Assembly (NCBI GenBank): GCA_964577685.1
Contig: CAZNZT010000001.1
Coordinates: forward strand, 1-47,977
DNA length: 47,977 nt
DNA from: an uncultured Methanosarcinales archaeon
GTDB taxonomy: Archaea; Nanobdellota; Nanobdellia; Woesearchaeales; JACPBV01
Direction of reading: 5' to 3'
Numbering within the stretch: position 1 is the stretch's first letter; each line of letters opens with the position of its first letter. Under the pieces are notes generated by a model that worked only from the letters and a program-made list of their open reading frames with translations, did no database searches and had not been told where the DNA came from. This document shows, one piece after another, positions 27,874 to 37,397 of the stretch. The translations under genes and the position numbers were made by a program.

Positions 27874-28833
27874 TTAGAGGTTTAGGCTTTTTATCACAGG
27901 TGGTTCACTTGGTATTTTCTTGTTTGGCCTTATTGGAAAATTGAATCTTATTAACCTTTTTCTTGGTCCTGGAATGCTCCCTTTCAAGAGAACGCAAGGA
28001 TTCTTTACCAAGCCATATTTTATAAACCCGCCTTTTGGGTTCTCTAGCTTTTCATCAATCTTTATCAACCATTTGTTATACTCTGTTCTTTGGAAATAGC
28101 CTGTTTGACCAGCATGAGCAACTCGCCACATGATATTTATCTGGCCACACCATGGGCCTAAGCTTCCTGGATTTCTTCTGTTTTTTTCTGACTTATGGCT
28201 TTTTAGACTTATGCCGAATCTTTTTACTGGACCTTGAATGCCCTTTCCCTTTGTAACAGCATGAATATCTACCTGTTGACCTTCTTTGAATATGTCTTTA
28301 ACATTAATTTCTTTTCCTAGAATCTCTTTTGCATATTTTAGTTTCTCTTCTTTTTTTCCTCCGATAGCCACTTCAAAAAGCTCTGGCTTTTTCTTTCCTA
28401 TGCTCGTGAGCTTTGGTTGGGTTTGTACGATTAGGGTGATATCATCAAAGTCTTTTATATCTTCTATTTTGGTTTTCTTCTTTCTTGGCAAGATAATCTT
28501 TCTCTCAAGCTCTTTGTCAAGGTTATCAGCAAAGACATCAGAAACAGCTTTCAAGCCATCAGGAGTTTTTTTGTAAAACCGGATAGAAACAGCCTTTAGT
28601 GGAGGACACTCAAGGATTGTTATCGGACAAAAGATTGTTTCTCCTTTTGTCATTGAATGCTTTCTGTTGTCTGTAATCATTGCATGTGTCATCCCTACCT
28701 TATAGCCAGCAAAACCAAGCAGCTTAGGTTCACTCAGATTAGCCCAAGACCTAACTCTAGCTATTTCCTTTTTAGCTCTTTTTCTAGGATAAAACTGCAA
28801 ACTCCCAAATCTCGGTCTTCTTGTTTTTGGCAT
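27874..28833 (-). CDS. rpl3: 50S ribosomal protein uL3
   Basis: GSLQFYPRKR, GYKVGMTH, TKGKGIQGPVKRFG, GSIPGP. Confidence 0.96.
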   Translation of the reverse strand: MPKTRRPRFGSLQFYPRKRAKKEIARVRSWANLSEPKLLGFAGYKVGMTHAMITDNRKHSMTKGETIFCPITILECPPLKAVSIRFYKKTPDGLKAVSDVFADNLDKELERKIILPRKKKTKIEDIKDFDDITLIVQTQPKLTSIGKKKPELFEVAIGGKKEEKLKYAKEILGKEINVKDIFKEGQQVDIHAVTKGKGIQGPVKRFGISLKSHKSEKNRRNPGSLGPWCGQINIMWRVAHAGQTGYFQRTEYNKWLIKIDEKLENPKGGFIKYGLVKNPCVLLKGSIPGPRKRLIRFNFPIRPNKKIPSEPPVIKSLNL

Positions 28834-29034
28834 TTTTTATTTGTTGCTTGTATCACCTCATTTGTTTAATGGTTTGTCTTATTGAATCCAGATTAATCAA
28901 AAACAAAAGCCTTTTATTGAAAGCCTTTTTAGAAGAGTCAGTATCTGTGTACTGAAAAGGCATTCTTTTCAGGCTTTTTTGTTCCAAGGTGATAGTTGGA
29001 AGAGAACTAGAGTGAATGATTATCTATTTATAAA
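28834..29034 (-). promoter_or_regulatory. Promoter and long structured 5' leader of the rpl3 superoperon
   Basis: TATA TTTATAAA at 29034-29027. UAUCACCUUG (28994-28985) pairs with UGAGGUGAUA (28860-28851), with nested inner stems. Confidence 0.6.
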
Positions 29035-29114
29035 GCTTACTATAGTTGGGCAGGTACTGTCAAGTTAAGCAAGGCAAACATCCTAGACTTAACAGATACT
29101 GATTAATATAAAGA

Positions 29115-30392
29115 TTATTTTTTCAAATATCGTGTTTTAGCCCTGCTATAGTTCACTGGATTCTTTATCTTTTTACATAGATTATCTGGAAAGCAGACCC
29201 TGAAGTCCCTATAATAGAGTGGATTATTGCAGTTGGGGGGCAATATCTTTTTTGATTTTTGTTTGTGATATCTTATCTGGCCCTTTATAAGGACATCCCT
29301 CAGTGGCTCCTTGTTTCTTTTATTCCATTTTTCTAGGAATGGTTCAATTTGGTCATAGCTCCAACCAACAGATGTAAGGAAGTTTACTAGTATAAATAAG
29401 GACCTTTTCCTCCCATCCTCTAACCCAGCTAATATTTTCTTTATGCATGGAGGAAAGAATTTTTCTGGTATTGCTTCAGGAGGAATATCATAAGTGTTAT
29501 CTTCTGTTTTTCTCTCTTCTTGCTTGAGATAGAAATCAAAAGCTTGAATAAGTAATTCCCTTGCCTCATTGTCTTTTGATTTTCTTTTGTCAAGAAAAAC
29601 AAATTTTGATACTTTCACATTTTTTGGTATTGCAATTTCCTTTACAAAACTTAGGGCTCTATTTGGATTTATTGGTACAGAAACTAGGCCTGTTTTTTCA
29701 TTAAAGGAATAAGGCATTCTATAAAGATGTCTTGAGGATATTAGGATTGTGTCTATACCTACAAATGAGAAGGGGTCAAACTTACCATCTTGGACTATCT
29801 CCTCAAATTTTTTTCCTGTCTGTTTTTTGATTTCTGTTATACTGTAATTCTTTAACAATTCTGAACTTAGCCTTTCTTTTATCCTTTCTTTTAGATAGAA
29901 GGCTATTGCCCTCGCTCCATCCGGAAACCAAAGCCTCGTTTCCTTCTTATGAATTGTTTTTGGAAATGACTCAAACGGAATACCGATATGAAAGCCAGTA
30001 CCACCAGAGAATTTACATGAAACAGAGTTAATCCCATAGCTTCTTATAGCCCTTACTAATAAGTGAGTCGTAATCTTGGAGTAATCAAGAACTTTACAAT
30101 CTATATCGAGTACTAGGTCCCAACCAATTCTTAGGTTTTCTAGGTCTTTTCTTTTCATCATAGGGCTCAGCTGTAGTGGATTCTTCCAAAGTTCCTCAGA
30201 AGCATGAAAACTTGTTGCTCCCTTTTTTGCTAATTCAAGAATATCCTTAGGATAGGCTAGGATATCTGGTCTCTTCCCAAATCCCTTATCTCCAAATTTT
30301 ATTGCTATCTCTCTATTCTTAGCGTTCTCTATTATCTCTCGTTGTATATCTTCCCTTTTATAGTGATTAAGAAGTATTGATTTAGTCAACAT
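29115..30392 (-). CDS. Fused PriS-PriL DNA primase (DPANN type)
   Basis: N-terminal AEP motifs WDLVLDID, FSGGTGFH, RHLYRMPYS. C-terminal PriL-like FPPCI...PPNC...KNPVNY. Confidence 0.88.
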   Translation of the reverse strand: MLTKSILLNHYKREDIQREIIENAKNREIAIKFGDKGFGKRPDILAYPKDILELAKKGATSFHASEELWKNPLQLSPMMKRKDLENLRIGWDLVLDIDCKVLDYSKITTHLLVRAIRSYGINSVSCKFSGGTGFHIGIPFESFPKTIHKKETRLWFPDGARAIAFYLKERIKERLSSELLKNYSITEIKKQTGKKFEEIVQDGKFDPFSFVGIDTILISSRHLYRMPYSFNEKTGLVSVPINPNRALSFVKEIAIPKNVKVSKFVFLDKRKSKDNEARELLIQAFDFYLKQEERKTEDNTYDIPPEAIPEKFFPPCIKKILAGLEDGRKRSLFILVNFLTSVGWSYDQIEPFLEKWNKRNKEPLRDVLIKGQIRYHKQKSKKILPPNCNNPLYYRDFRVCFPDNLCKKIKNPVNYSRAKTRYLKK

Positions 30393-30487
30393 AAATCAAG
30401 AAAAATTTAAGTAGTTTAAATTATTTTCTTTTTGCTAATCCTGTAGCCAATGATTTAGAAGGAGGTAGTAATAGGGAGAGGACACTT

Positions 30488-30868
30488 ATGATATGTAAAT
30501 CGACAGTAATAGAATTAATGGAAATCATAAATAAGATTAGAGAATCTAATAAAATAGTTATTGTAGAAGGAAGAGAAGACAAGATAGCACTAAAGAAATT
30601 AGGTATATCAAATATTATTCAATTGAACAAAAACCCTATGTATGTGGTTGTTGAAGAGTGCATTAGTAGAGGGGAGGATGTTATTATTCTTACCGACCTT
30701 GACAAGAAAGGAAAAGAACTCTATGGAAAACTAAATCATGATTTACAGCGTTTTGGAGTTAAGGTTGATAATAGGCTAAGAGAGTTTCTTTTTAGGAATA
30801 CAAAATTAAGACAGATTGAGGGACTAAGTAATTATATTGATAGAAGATTAAAGTTTAACGCTATTTAA
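30488..30868 (+). CDS. Stand-alone TOPRIM-domain protein (RNase M5/UPF0292-like)
   Basis: IVEGREDK and ILTDLDKKG TOPRIM motifs. Confidence 0.85.
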   Translation: MICKSTVIELMEIINKIRESNKIVIVEGREDKIALKKLGISNIIQLNKNPMYVVVEECISRGEDVIILTDLDKKGKELYGKLNHDLQRFGVKVDNRLREFLFRNTKLRQIEGLSNYIDRRLKFNAI

Positions 30869-30906
30869 TAAAATATTTAAATAAAAGTGATTTATTTTAT
30901 GGCAAA

Positions 30907-31764
30907 ATGGCTATGCTAAACCAGATAAAAACGGTAATATTATTAGGGCTACTAACAGGGATATTATTAGGTATAGGTTCTCTCTGGGGAAGTTATGGAT
31001 TGACTATTGCTTTGGCCTTTTCAATAATCATGAACTTTGGGGCGTATTGGTTTAGTGATAAAATAGCCTTGGCAATGTATAGGGCAAAACCAGTTACAGA
31101 AAAAGAAGAACCAAAGTTATATAGGATAATAAGAGAAGTATCACAGAAAGCGAAGATTCCTATGCCAAGAGTTTATGTTATTCCAGCAAGTTTTGCAAAC
31201 GCCTTTGCTACTGGAAGAAGCCCAAAAAACTCTGCAATTGCTGTAACAAGAGGTATATTAGAATTATTAAATGAAGAAGAGCTAAAGGGCGTTATTGCTC
31301 ATGAGATTTCCCACATAAAAAACAGAGACACATTGATTCAGAGTGTTGCAGCAATGATAGCAGGGGTAATATCCTATATAGCATTTGTTGCTAGATGGGG
31401 AGCAGTATTTTGGGGAGCGAGGGATAGAGAGGGAAATGGAGCATACATATTAGAACTCTTGTTCTTGGTTATATTGGCTCCACTATTAGCAACAATTATA
31501 AGACTAGCCATATCAAGAAGCAGAGAATTCCTAGCAGACGAATCTGGAGCAAGAATTTTGCATAGTGGTTATGGACTAGCGAGTGCGTTAGAGAAATTGG
31601 AAAGAGCAACACAAAGAATAGCTTTAAGACCTAATATGCAAACAGGAGCAACAGCACATTTGTTTATAACAAACCCATTTAAAGGTAGGGCTATATTAAA
31701 TCTATTCATGACTCATCCACCAACAGAAGTTAGGGTAAAAAGACTAAGAAGCATGAGGTTCTAG
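30907..31764 (+). CDS. htpX: Membrane zinc metalloprotease HtpX (M48)
   Basis: NAFATGR, AHEISH, SRSREFLAD, THPP. Confidence 0.94.
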   Translation: MAMLNQIKTVILLGLLTGILLGIGSLWGSYGLTIALAFSIIMNFGAYWFSDKIALAMYRAKPVTEKEEPKLYRIIREVSQKAKIPMPRVYVIPASFANAFATGRSPKNSAIAVTRGILELLNEEELKGVIAHEISHIKNRDTLIQSVAAMIAGVISYIAFVARWGAVFWGARDREGNGAYILELLFLVILAPLLATIIRLAISRSREFLADESGARILHSGYGLASALEKLERATQRIALRPNMQTGATAHLFITNPFKGRAILNLFMTHPPTEVRVKRLRSMRF

Positions 31765-32187
31765 AACATTGTTTATTGTATCAATGATTGCTTCGGCAAT
31801 CTCTCTCTCAGGTGTAGTTAGAGTAGCAAGATGACTATTTGCAGCTTCCTCATGCAGTCTCCATTTTCTTGCTGAATTGGCTAATGCAACAACATACTCT
31901 TCAAACAGACTATATTCGACCTCAAGTAGTCGGGTAAGTCTGCTGCTAATAGTCCTAATAGTACTCCAATATTCAGCCTGGGAGGGATTGTATAAATTTA
32001 TTCTTTCAAGAGAAGAAATTAAAAATTCTGCAATCTGTTCTGCTTCTTTACCACATATTTGTGCATAAGCGTTCCTGATTCTCTTTTCTAGGCTAGAAAT
32101 GTCTGGATGAGGATATCTATCCACTCTTACAAAAATACCAAGTTCCCCACCCAAAACACGGGGGTCATACCCAGTAAGTACCAACAT
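31744..32187 (-). CDS. Orphan hypothetical protein
   Basis: 147-aa ORF filling the gap between htpX and hef, with an AT-rich promoter-like upstream region. No family recognised. Confidence 0.6.
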   Translation of the reverse strand: MLVLTGYDPRVLGGELGIFVRVDRYPHPDISSLEKRIRNAYAQICGKEAEQIAEFLISSLERINLYNPSQAEYWSTIRTISSRLTRLLEVEYSLFEEYVVALANSARKWRLHEEAANSHLATLTTPEREIAEAIIDTINNVLEPHAS

Positions 32188-32248
32188 TCGCTCTATTTTT
32201 TATAAGAATATTTTAGAATATAAAAATGTTTGGATATAGAAATAATAA

Positions 32249-34474
32249 TCATACTTTATATTCGGAATCTGTTACTTCTTTAATTTTGCTTGCTTTTTTT
32301 GGTCCAATTTTCTCAACATCCTGTAGCTCTTTCTCTGGAGCATTTATTATGTTCTTGACTGATTTGAACTTTCTTAGTAAAGCCCTAGATAATGTTGTAT
32401 TTATGCCTGGCAAGGATGATATTATATATTCTTGCCATTCCTTTAATCCCATATCTTTTTTTTCACATCTTATGTTAAAGTTGTTATTTTCATTTTGTTC
32501 TCTTTTGGCTATTATTTTCATCAAAGTGGCTGTTTCTTTTGAATTTTTAGTGAATAGTATTGGCACTCCATAGCTAACTGTAATGGTCGCTAACATGCCT
32601 ACTATAGAATTAGGATGAACATTTCTAACAGAATATAGGTCTTGTTCTCCCTCTACAATTATAAGTGGCCTCTCAAAATTTTCTTTCAGGGATTTCAATT
32701 GGGTTAGCAACCTACCATCTATTAGGCTATTTACAAAGTCCTCAGTTTTTTTCAGCTCTACGCCAACCCGTGAACTTAAGAGATAATCTGCGTTTTCAAT
32801 TTTCTCTAGCCTAATGGATGCTCCAATATTAAGTAGCTCCTTTACAACGCCTGAACCTTTTTCTCTATAGTCAATGATAACCTTAAATTTATCTTCCTCT
32901 TTTTGGTACCTATCCAATGTTGGTTGAGAGATTTGTTTGTTTAGTGAATTAAATCCTAATTTCTTTTTTAGTTTATATAAGGCTTTGTACATTCTTTTTT
33001 CTTTTTGATAGGCAGACCACCTATAGCCTATATCCCTTGTTTCTAGAGCCATTAATACTATTACTCTACCAGCCTCGTGTCTTCCTGTGCGTCCCTTTCT
33101 TTGTATTGTCCTAATGGCACTAGGTATTGGCTCATAGAATATAACTAGGTTGACTTGAGGCACATCTAATCCTTCTTCACCAACTGATGTAGCAACTAAT
33201 ACATTAAATTCTCCTTTTCTAAATTTATCAAGAATTTGTTTCTGTTCCTTTTGGCTTAGTCCGGTTTCTTGTTTTTTTGCTTGCCCAACAAAAATCTGTG
33301 CATTAACACCATCTATAGTATTTAATTTTTGTACAATCTCTATTGCATTATCTCTATATTGATTAAAGACTATGATTTTTGTGTCTCTATTCTTTTTAAT
33401 TTCTTTATTGACTATGTTTACTAATTCAATCAATTTTGGGTGCTGTATATTTTCAGAAAATAACTTTTCTGTTTTGATTAATGCATTTCTATAATTAATA
33501 TCTTTAACTAGATTTTTTATGGCCTTTGTTTTATTACTTATTGCATCTTTTTGTAGTTTTTTAAGATACTTATGCAATGCTGTTATTCCTTGGGTCTCTA
33601 AGAGCTCAACAGCATGCTGTATTTTCATTATTTCTGCTAGCACAGATATAGAGTTCCATAAAACAAAATTTCTTTCTCCTGCTGCTGCCTTTCCCCTAAG
33701 TTCTGCTTGCAGTTTTAGTAAATCTGTTTTGTTCACATATTTAAAATCAGCCTCTTTTCTATGCAGGATACCCCATTTCTTCAGTTTTTCCATTCTTTCT
33801 CTCAGAAAGTTATTAAGATAGTTCTGTATCTCTTTAAAACTAGGTGGCAGTTTAACCTTAATCCAATCAACTTTTATTTCATGGATATAAGGCCTAACAT
33901 CTGAGTCTTTGTCTGTTCTTACCTCTATCTTTTCAATATGAAGATTCTTGCAAACCTCTTCTATCTTTTGAATATCCGAACCGGGAGATGCTGTTAATGC
34001 TAGTATTCTTGGATGTCTTGCTTTTTTGATGTATTGCTCAGCTATCCAAACATAGGCATAGTCACCTACTGCTCTATGTGCCTCATCAATGCCCAACAAG
34101 GACACTTCTTCAAGAGTTATCCTATTTGACATAATATCATTCTCCAAGCCCTGAGGTGTTGAAAATACTATTTTTGCTGTTTTCCATAGTTTCTCTCGTT
34201 TCTCTGGTCTTATTAATCCTGTAAATACGGCCATCTTGTCCTCTTCTATTTCAAAGTGTTTTTTAAAAACATCAAAGTATTGGTCTATTAATGGTTTTGT
34301 TGGCCCTAGAAGGAGTATCTTTGAGTTAGGATAAAGCTTTAATCTATGAGCAGCTAACATCAAAAAGATATTTGTTTTTCCCATTCCAGTCGGCAGTACA
34401 ACTAGTGTATTATTCTTTGTGGCTGTGTGAAATATTGTTTCTTGGTATAGCCTAGGTGTAAAGTTCTTTATCAT
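32249..34474 (-). CDS. hef: Hef (FANCM-like SF2 helicase + ERCC4 nuclease + HhH)
   Basis: PTGMGKT, DEAH, TASPG, QRKGRTGR, ERCC4 DYRE..ADY..ELK..D, C-terminal HhH (LPGI, KIGP). Confidence 0.93.
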   Translation of the reverse strand: MIKNFTPRLYQETIFHTATKNNTLVVLPTGMGKTNIFLMLAAHRLKLYPNSKILLLGPTKPLIDQYFDVFKKHFEIEEDKMAVFTGLIRPEKREKLWKTAKIVFSTPQGLENDIMSNRITLEEVSLLGIDEAHRAVGDYAYVWIAEQYIKKARHPRILALTASPGSDIQKIEEVCKNLHIEKIEVRTDKDSDVRPYIHEIKVDWIKVKLPPSFKEIQNYLNNFLRERMEKLKKWGILHRKEADFKYVNKTDLLKLQAELRGKAAAGERNFVLWNSISVLAEIMKIQHAVELLETQGITALHKYLKKLQKDAISNKTKAIKNLVKDINYRNALIKTEKLFSENIQHPKLIELVNIVNKEIKKNRDTKIIVFNQYRDNAIEIVQKLNTIDGVNAQIFVGQAKKQETGLSQKEQKQILDKFRKGEFNVLVATSVGEEGLDVPQVNLVIFYEPIPSAIRTIQRKGRTGRHEAGRVIVLMALETRDIGYRWSAYQKEKRMYKALYKLKKKLGFNSLNKQISQPTLDRYQKEEDKFKVIIDYREKGSGVVKELLNIGASIRLEKIENADYLLSSRVGVELKKTEDFVNSLIDGRLLTQLKSLKENFERPLIIVEGEQDLYSVRNVHPNSIVGMLATITVSYGVPILFTKNSKETATLMKIIAKREQNENNNFNIRCEKKDMGLKEWQEYIISSLPGINTTLSRALLRKFKSVKNIINAPEKELQDVEKIGPKKASKIKEVTDSEYKV

Positions 34475-34593
34475 CTCTTTGGAGAAAGTAAGGTTGTCTG
34501 ATTTATATATTTTGTTAATTGATTAACAACAATTTTTTAAAAGTTATGAGGAATAGATTTCTTTAAGAGTGGTTCCTTAGATTTAGATTACTT

Positions 34594-35148
34594 TTAATAA
34601 TCATGCCCTGGGGCTAGTATCTTGTAATTTATACCTCTCAATTTTTCTAGGCTTTCTTCCATTTTTACTGGGTCAGAAAAAGGAAAATCAATTCTACCAA
34701 ATCCATTAAAGAATAGCGTATCTCCACTAAATAATATTTTTTCTTTCTCATAAAAAAGACAAACGCTGCCTTTGGTATGTCCTGGTGTTTTTATTACCTT
34801 GATGCCATTGAAATCTCTTAGGATATTCAATCTTATATTGAACCTCTTGGCTAGGATTGGGTCCCCTATTGCATAAAGCTTGTTTTTCTTTAGCAAAGCT
34901 ATTTCTTCTTCAGACGCATAGAATTTTGCTTTCGGAAACAAATCAAAGTTTCCAATATGGTCATAATGTAAGTGAGTAAATATAACCTTATTTATTTTAC
35001 CTAGCTCTATCTTTTTGCTTAACTCTCCTTCAACAATAACCTTATATTGCTTTGGTCCTGTGTCTATGATTATCTTTTCTTTTAAATCAAGAAAATAAAC
35101 ATTACTATCAACGCTTATTTTCCAAACCCTCGGTGCTATTTTCTTCAT
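34594..35148 (-). CDS. Metallo-beta-lactamase fold hydrolase
   Basis: THLHYDHIG, PGHTKGS, FSGD, PGH. Confidence 0.9.
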   Translation of the reverse strand: MKKIAPRVWKISVDSNVYFLDLKEKIIIDTGPKQYKVIVEGELSKKIELGKINKVIFTHLHYDHIGNFDLFPKAKFYASEEEIALLKKNKLYAIGDPILAKRFNIRLNILRDFNGIKVIKTPGHTKGSVCLFYEKEKILFSGDTLFFNGFGRIDFPFSDPVKMEESLEKLRGINYKILAPGHDY

Positions 35149-35155
35149 TTTAGAA

Positions 35156-35482
35156 TCAGTATCTTATGTCTTTTATTATATTTTTCTCATGAAGTTGGTA
35201 ACTTATTATTGTTCCTATTATGAAAAGAACAGAGATTACTAACCAATTCCCATATCTAGTTCCTATGAGATAGCCTATTAAAAAACCTAAAACCATTAGA
35301 AAGTAGGGGAATATCATCTTGTTTTTTCTTTCGTAAAATAGCCTTCCAGCCATCATTCCAGCAGCAAAGATGATTATATAACTTAAGAAAGCTGATGGAG
35401 CACCTAACGAAAACAAAAATCCAATTATTAATAAGACAAATGCTATTATTTCTGCCCAGTTTTTGAAAAAAGTTATTGTCAT
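35156..35482 (-). CDS. Small multi-pass membrane protein
   Basis: About four TM helices. Start overlaps the stop of the upstream M50-like gene. Confidence 0.72.
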   Translation of the reverse strand: MTITFFKNWAEIIAFVLLIIGFLFSLGAPSAFLSYIIIFAAGMMAGRLFYERKNKMIFPYFLMVLGFLIGYLIGTRYGNWLVISVLFIIGTIISYQLHEKNIIKDIRY

Positions 35483-36264
35483 TTTTTTGGACCCCAACCT
35501 TTCGGGAATGGACCTCTCCAATATTTATGCTCAAAGAATATATAATATAGTAACCAACAGATAATTCCTATTATTATTGCTAGAACTATTGCGAACAGAA
35601 CATTTATGTCTAGGATTAGGAGAATTCCAGCAGGGATTATTGTACAAAAGACAAAAGAGTACACCATCCTTGAGCCAAAAAATAATCTGCTTCCTGTCAT
35701 CGGAGGTATTGGCAATATGTCATATATGGCAAGGATTATAGAAAACAAGATTAGCTTACTTATTAGGGGATTTGAGATATAGTTGTTTATTATCTTAAAG
35801 ATGGCTCCTAGACAGATAAGTGATATTGGACCTGCTGAAGCAATTAGGCCATGAACATAATAACTTAGCCCGTATCTAAAAAAACCTAGACGATGTCCTG
35901 CCAGATGATGCAACATTATTCCACCTGGAAGCAAAACCCAGATAACACCTCTGGAAACAAATGCAAATAGCAACCCAATTAGTAAACCAAATGTCCACAT
36001 CTTATATTCTACCCTGTAACCAACACTTAGACCGACTATTCTTTGAGCAGATGTAAAAACAATCAATACCAAAGCAACCACTAGTATTGAGTTAAACCAA
36101 TTGAATAATCCAACTGCAGGATCAAATGTTCTACCTTTTCCCCATTCCCTAAACGAGATTATAAATGACAAGACTAAGATAGTTATGACAAAGCCTTTAA
36201 GTTCTGAAGGTGTGAACTTATAATATCTTCTTATTTTATCTATTAAATCTACAAGGCGACCCAT
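35479..36264 (-). CDS. Site-2-protease (M50)-like membrane protein lacking zinc ligands
   Basis: M50 architecture (ASAGP, LPIPP) but FTSAQ replaces HExxH and MTG replaces LDG. Confidence 0.65.
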   Translation of the reverse strand: MGRLVDLIDKIRRYYKFTPSELKGFVITILVLSFIISFREWGKGRTFDPAVGLFNWFNSILVVALVLIVFTSAQRIVGLSVGYRVEYKMWTFGLLIGLLFAFVSRGVIWVLLPGGIMLHHLAGHRLGFFRYGLSYYVHGLIASAGPISLICLGAIFKIINNYISNPLISKLILFSIILAIYDILPIPPMTGSRLFFGSRMVYSFVFCTIIPAGILLILDINVLFAIVLAIIIGIICWLLYYIFFEHKYWRGPFPKGWGPKK

Positions 36265-36327
36265 TTTTAAGTAATATTTCTTGATTAGTATATAAATATT
36301 TTTTCATATTCTAAGTGTTTTATTGGG

Positions 36328-37038
36328 CTAGGCTTTTTCTGGTTTAACAGAAAAAGAGTATTCTATCCCAAAAGAGTGCATCTTTGACTTTATTATTTTT
36401 ATTATATCTTCCTCATGCCCAGCTCCAACTATTGCTAAAATCTTTTTTTCCTTATTTTTTTCCATTAGTTCCTTTAATCTTTCTGCCATAATTTCGTTTC
36501 TTTCTTTTACCAGTATAGTGTAAATATTAGGATACCTTTCTTTAACCTCTTTTATCATTTTCTTGACTATGCTCTTCTTTGGAACCTTCGTCAAATCAAA
36601 TTCTATTTTTCTCTTTTTAGAGAAGATGCCTCCTAAGATATCAATAATAAAATTCCATTTTTCCTTTAAGCTTATTCTCTTTGAAAGCTTTCTCAGAGTA
36701 ACCTCGATATCCTGGTCTATTAGCGCTATTCTTATTTTATTTCTTCTTGCTAGTCTTATAGCTGTTTTCATTTCTGAGCCGGGTTTTACTCCAACATACT
36801 CTCCTAGTTTTTTTTCTACCCATGCTCCAAGTAAAGAAAAGAGATAGCCTTTGAGTCCTACCCTGAATATGTTTCCATAAGTTTTTTTCCTCTTGCTTAG
36901 TAAGGCTCTAAGCCTCTTTTCATCTAATTCCAAGGCTATGATATCCGGTTTTTCATTTATGATTGTTTCTTTTACTTCATCTAGGCTTTGTTTTGCTATG
37001 TGTGATGTTCCTATTATAGTCAGGTTCAGGTATTTCAT
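36328..37038 (-). CDS. TraB/PrgY family protein
   Basis: IIGTSHI, ALELD..R, PGSEM, LIDQDI, ERN..MA, AIVGAGH. Confidence 0.9.
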   Translation of the reverse strand: MKYLNLTIIGTSHIAKQSLDEVKETIINEKPDIIALELDEKRLRALLSKRKKTYGNIFRVGLKGYLFSLLGAWVEKKLGEYVGVKPGSEMKTAIRLARRNKIRIALIDQDIEVTLRKLSKRISLKEKWNFIIDILGGIFSKKRKIEFDLTKVPKKSIVKKMIKEVKERYPNIYTILVKERNEIMAERLKELMEKNKEKKILAIVGAGHEEDIIKIIKSKMHSFGIEYSFSVKPEKA

Positions 37039-37119
37039 ACCTAAAGAAAAAAATCGCTAACTTTATATATTTTAACATTTTTATTCCTTAACATCAAGGG
37101 AAAAGTGGAGGGATATAAC

Positions 37120-37392
37120 ATGCTAAAGATGAAAAGGATTAGTGAGACATATGATATGAAGGTATTTACTGATACAGGAGATTACTTTGGAGATGTAGAG
37201 GAGAGCATACTGACTTCTAATAAGATATTTGGCTGGAGGGTGAGGGCAACAAAAAACTCATTTTTAAATAAAGTACTAGGTAATGCAAAAGGTGTTATAG
37301 TCCCTCATCAACTAGTAAAGGCGATAGGGGATATAATGATAATCAGCAAAGCAGCTGTTCCAGCATATGACAAGGGAGAAGAAGAGAAGTAA
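37120..37392 (+). CDS. PRC-barrel protein (CdpB-like, possibly cell division)
   Basis: KVFTDTGDYFGDV and VKAIGDIMII PRC-barrel signatures. Confidence 0.8.
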   Translation: MLKMKRISETYDMKVFTDTGDYFGDVEESILTSNKIFGWRVRATKNSFLNKVLGNAKGVIVPHQLVKAIGDIMIISKAAVPAYDKGEEEK

Positions 37393-37397
37393 TAGAG

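Noticed and set aside
13934..28869. Many plus-strand Phe/Ser/Leu-rich ORFs opposite the ribosomal genes, and similar shadows elsewhere (e.g. 8825-9286, 9407-10000)
   Set aside because: They are antisense shadows of Lys/Glu-rich genes, with no motifs or promoters.
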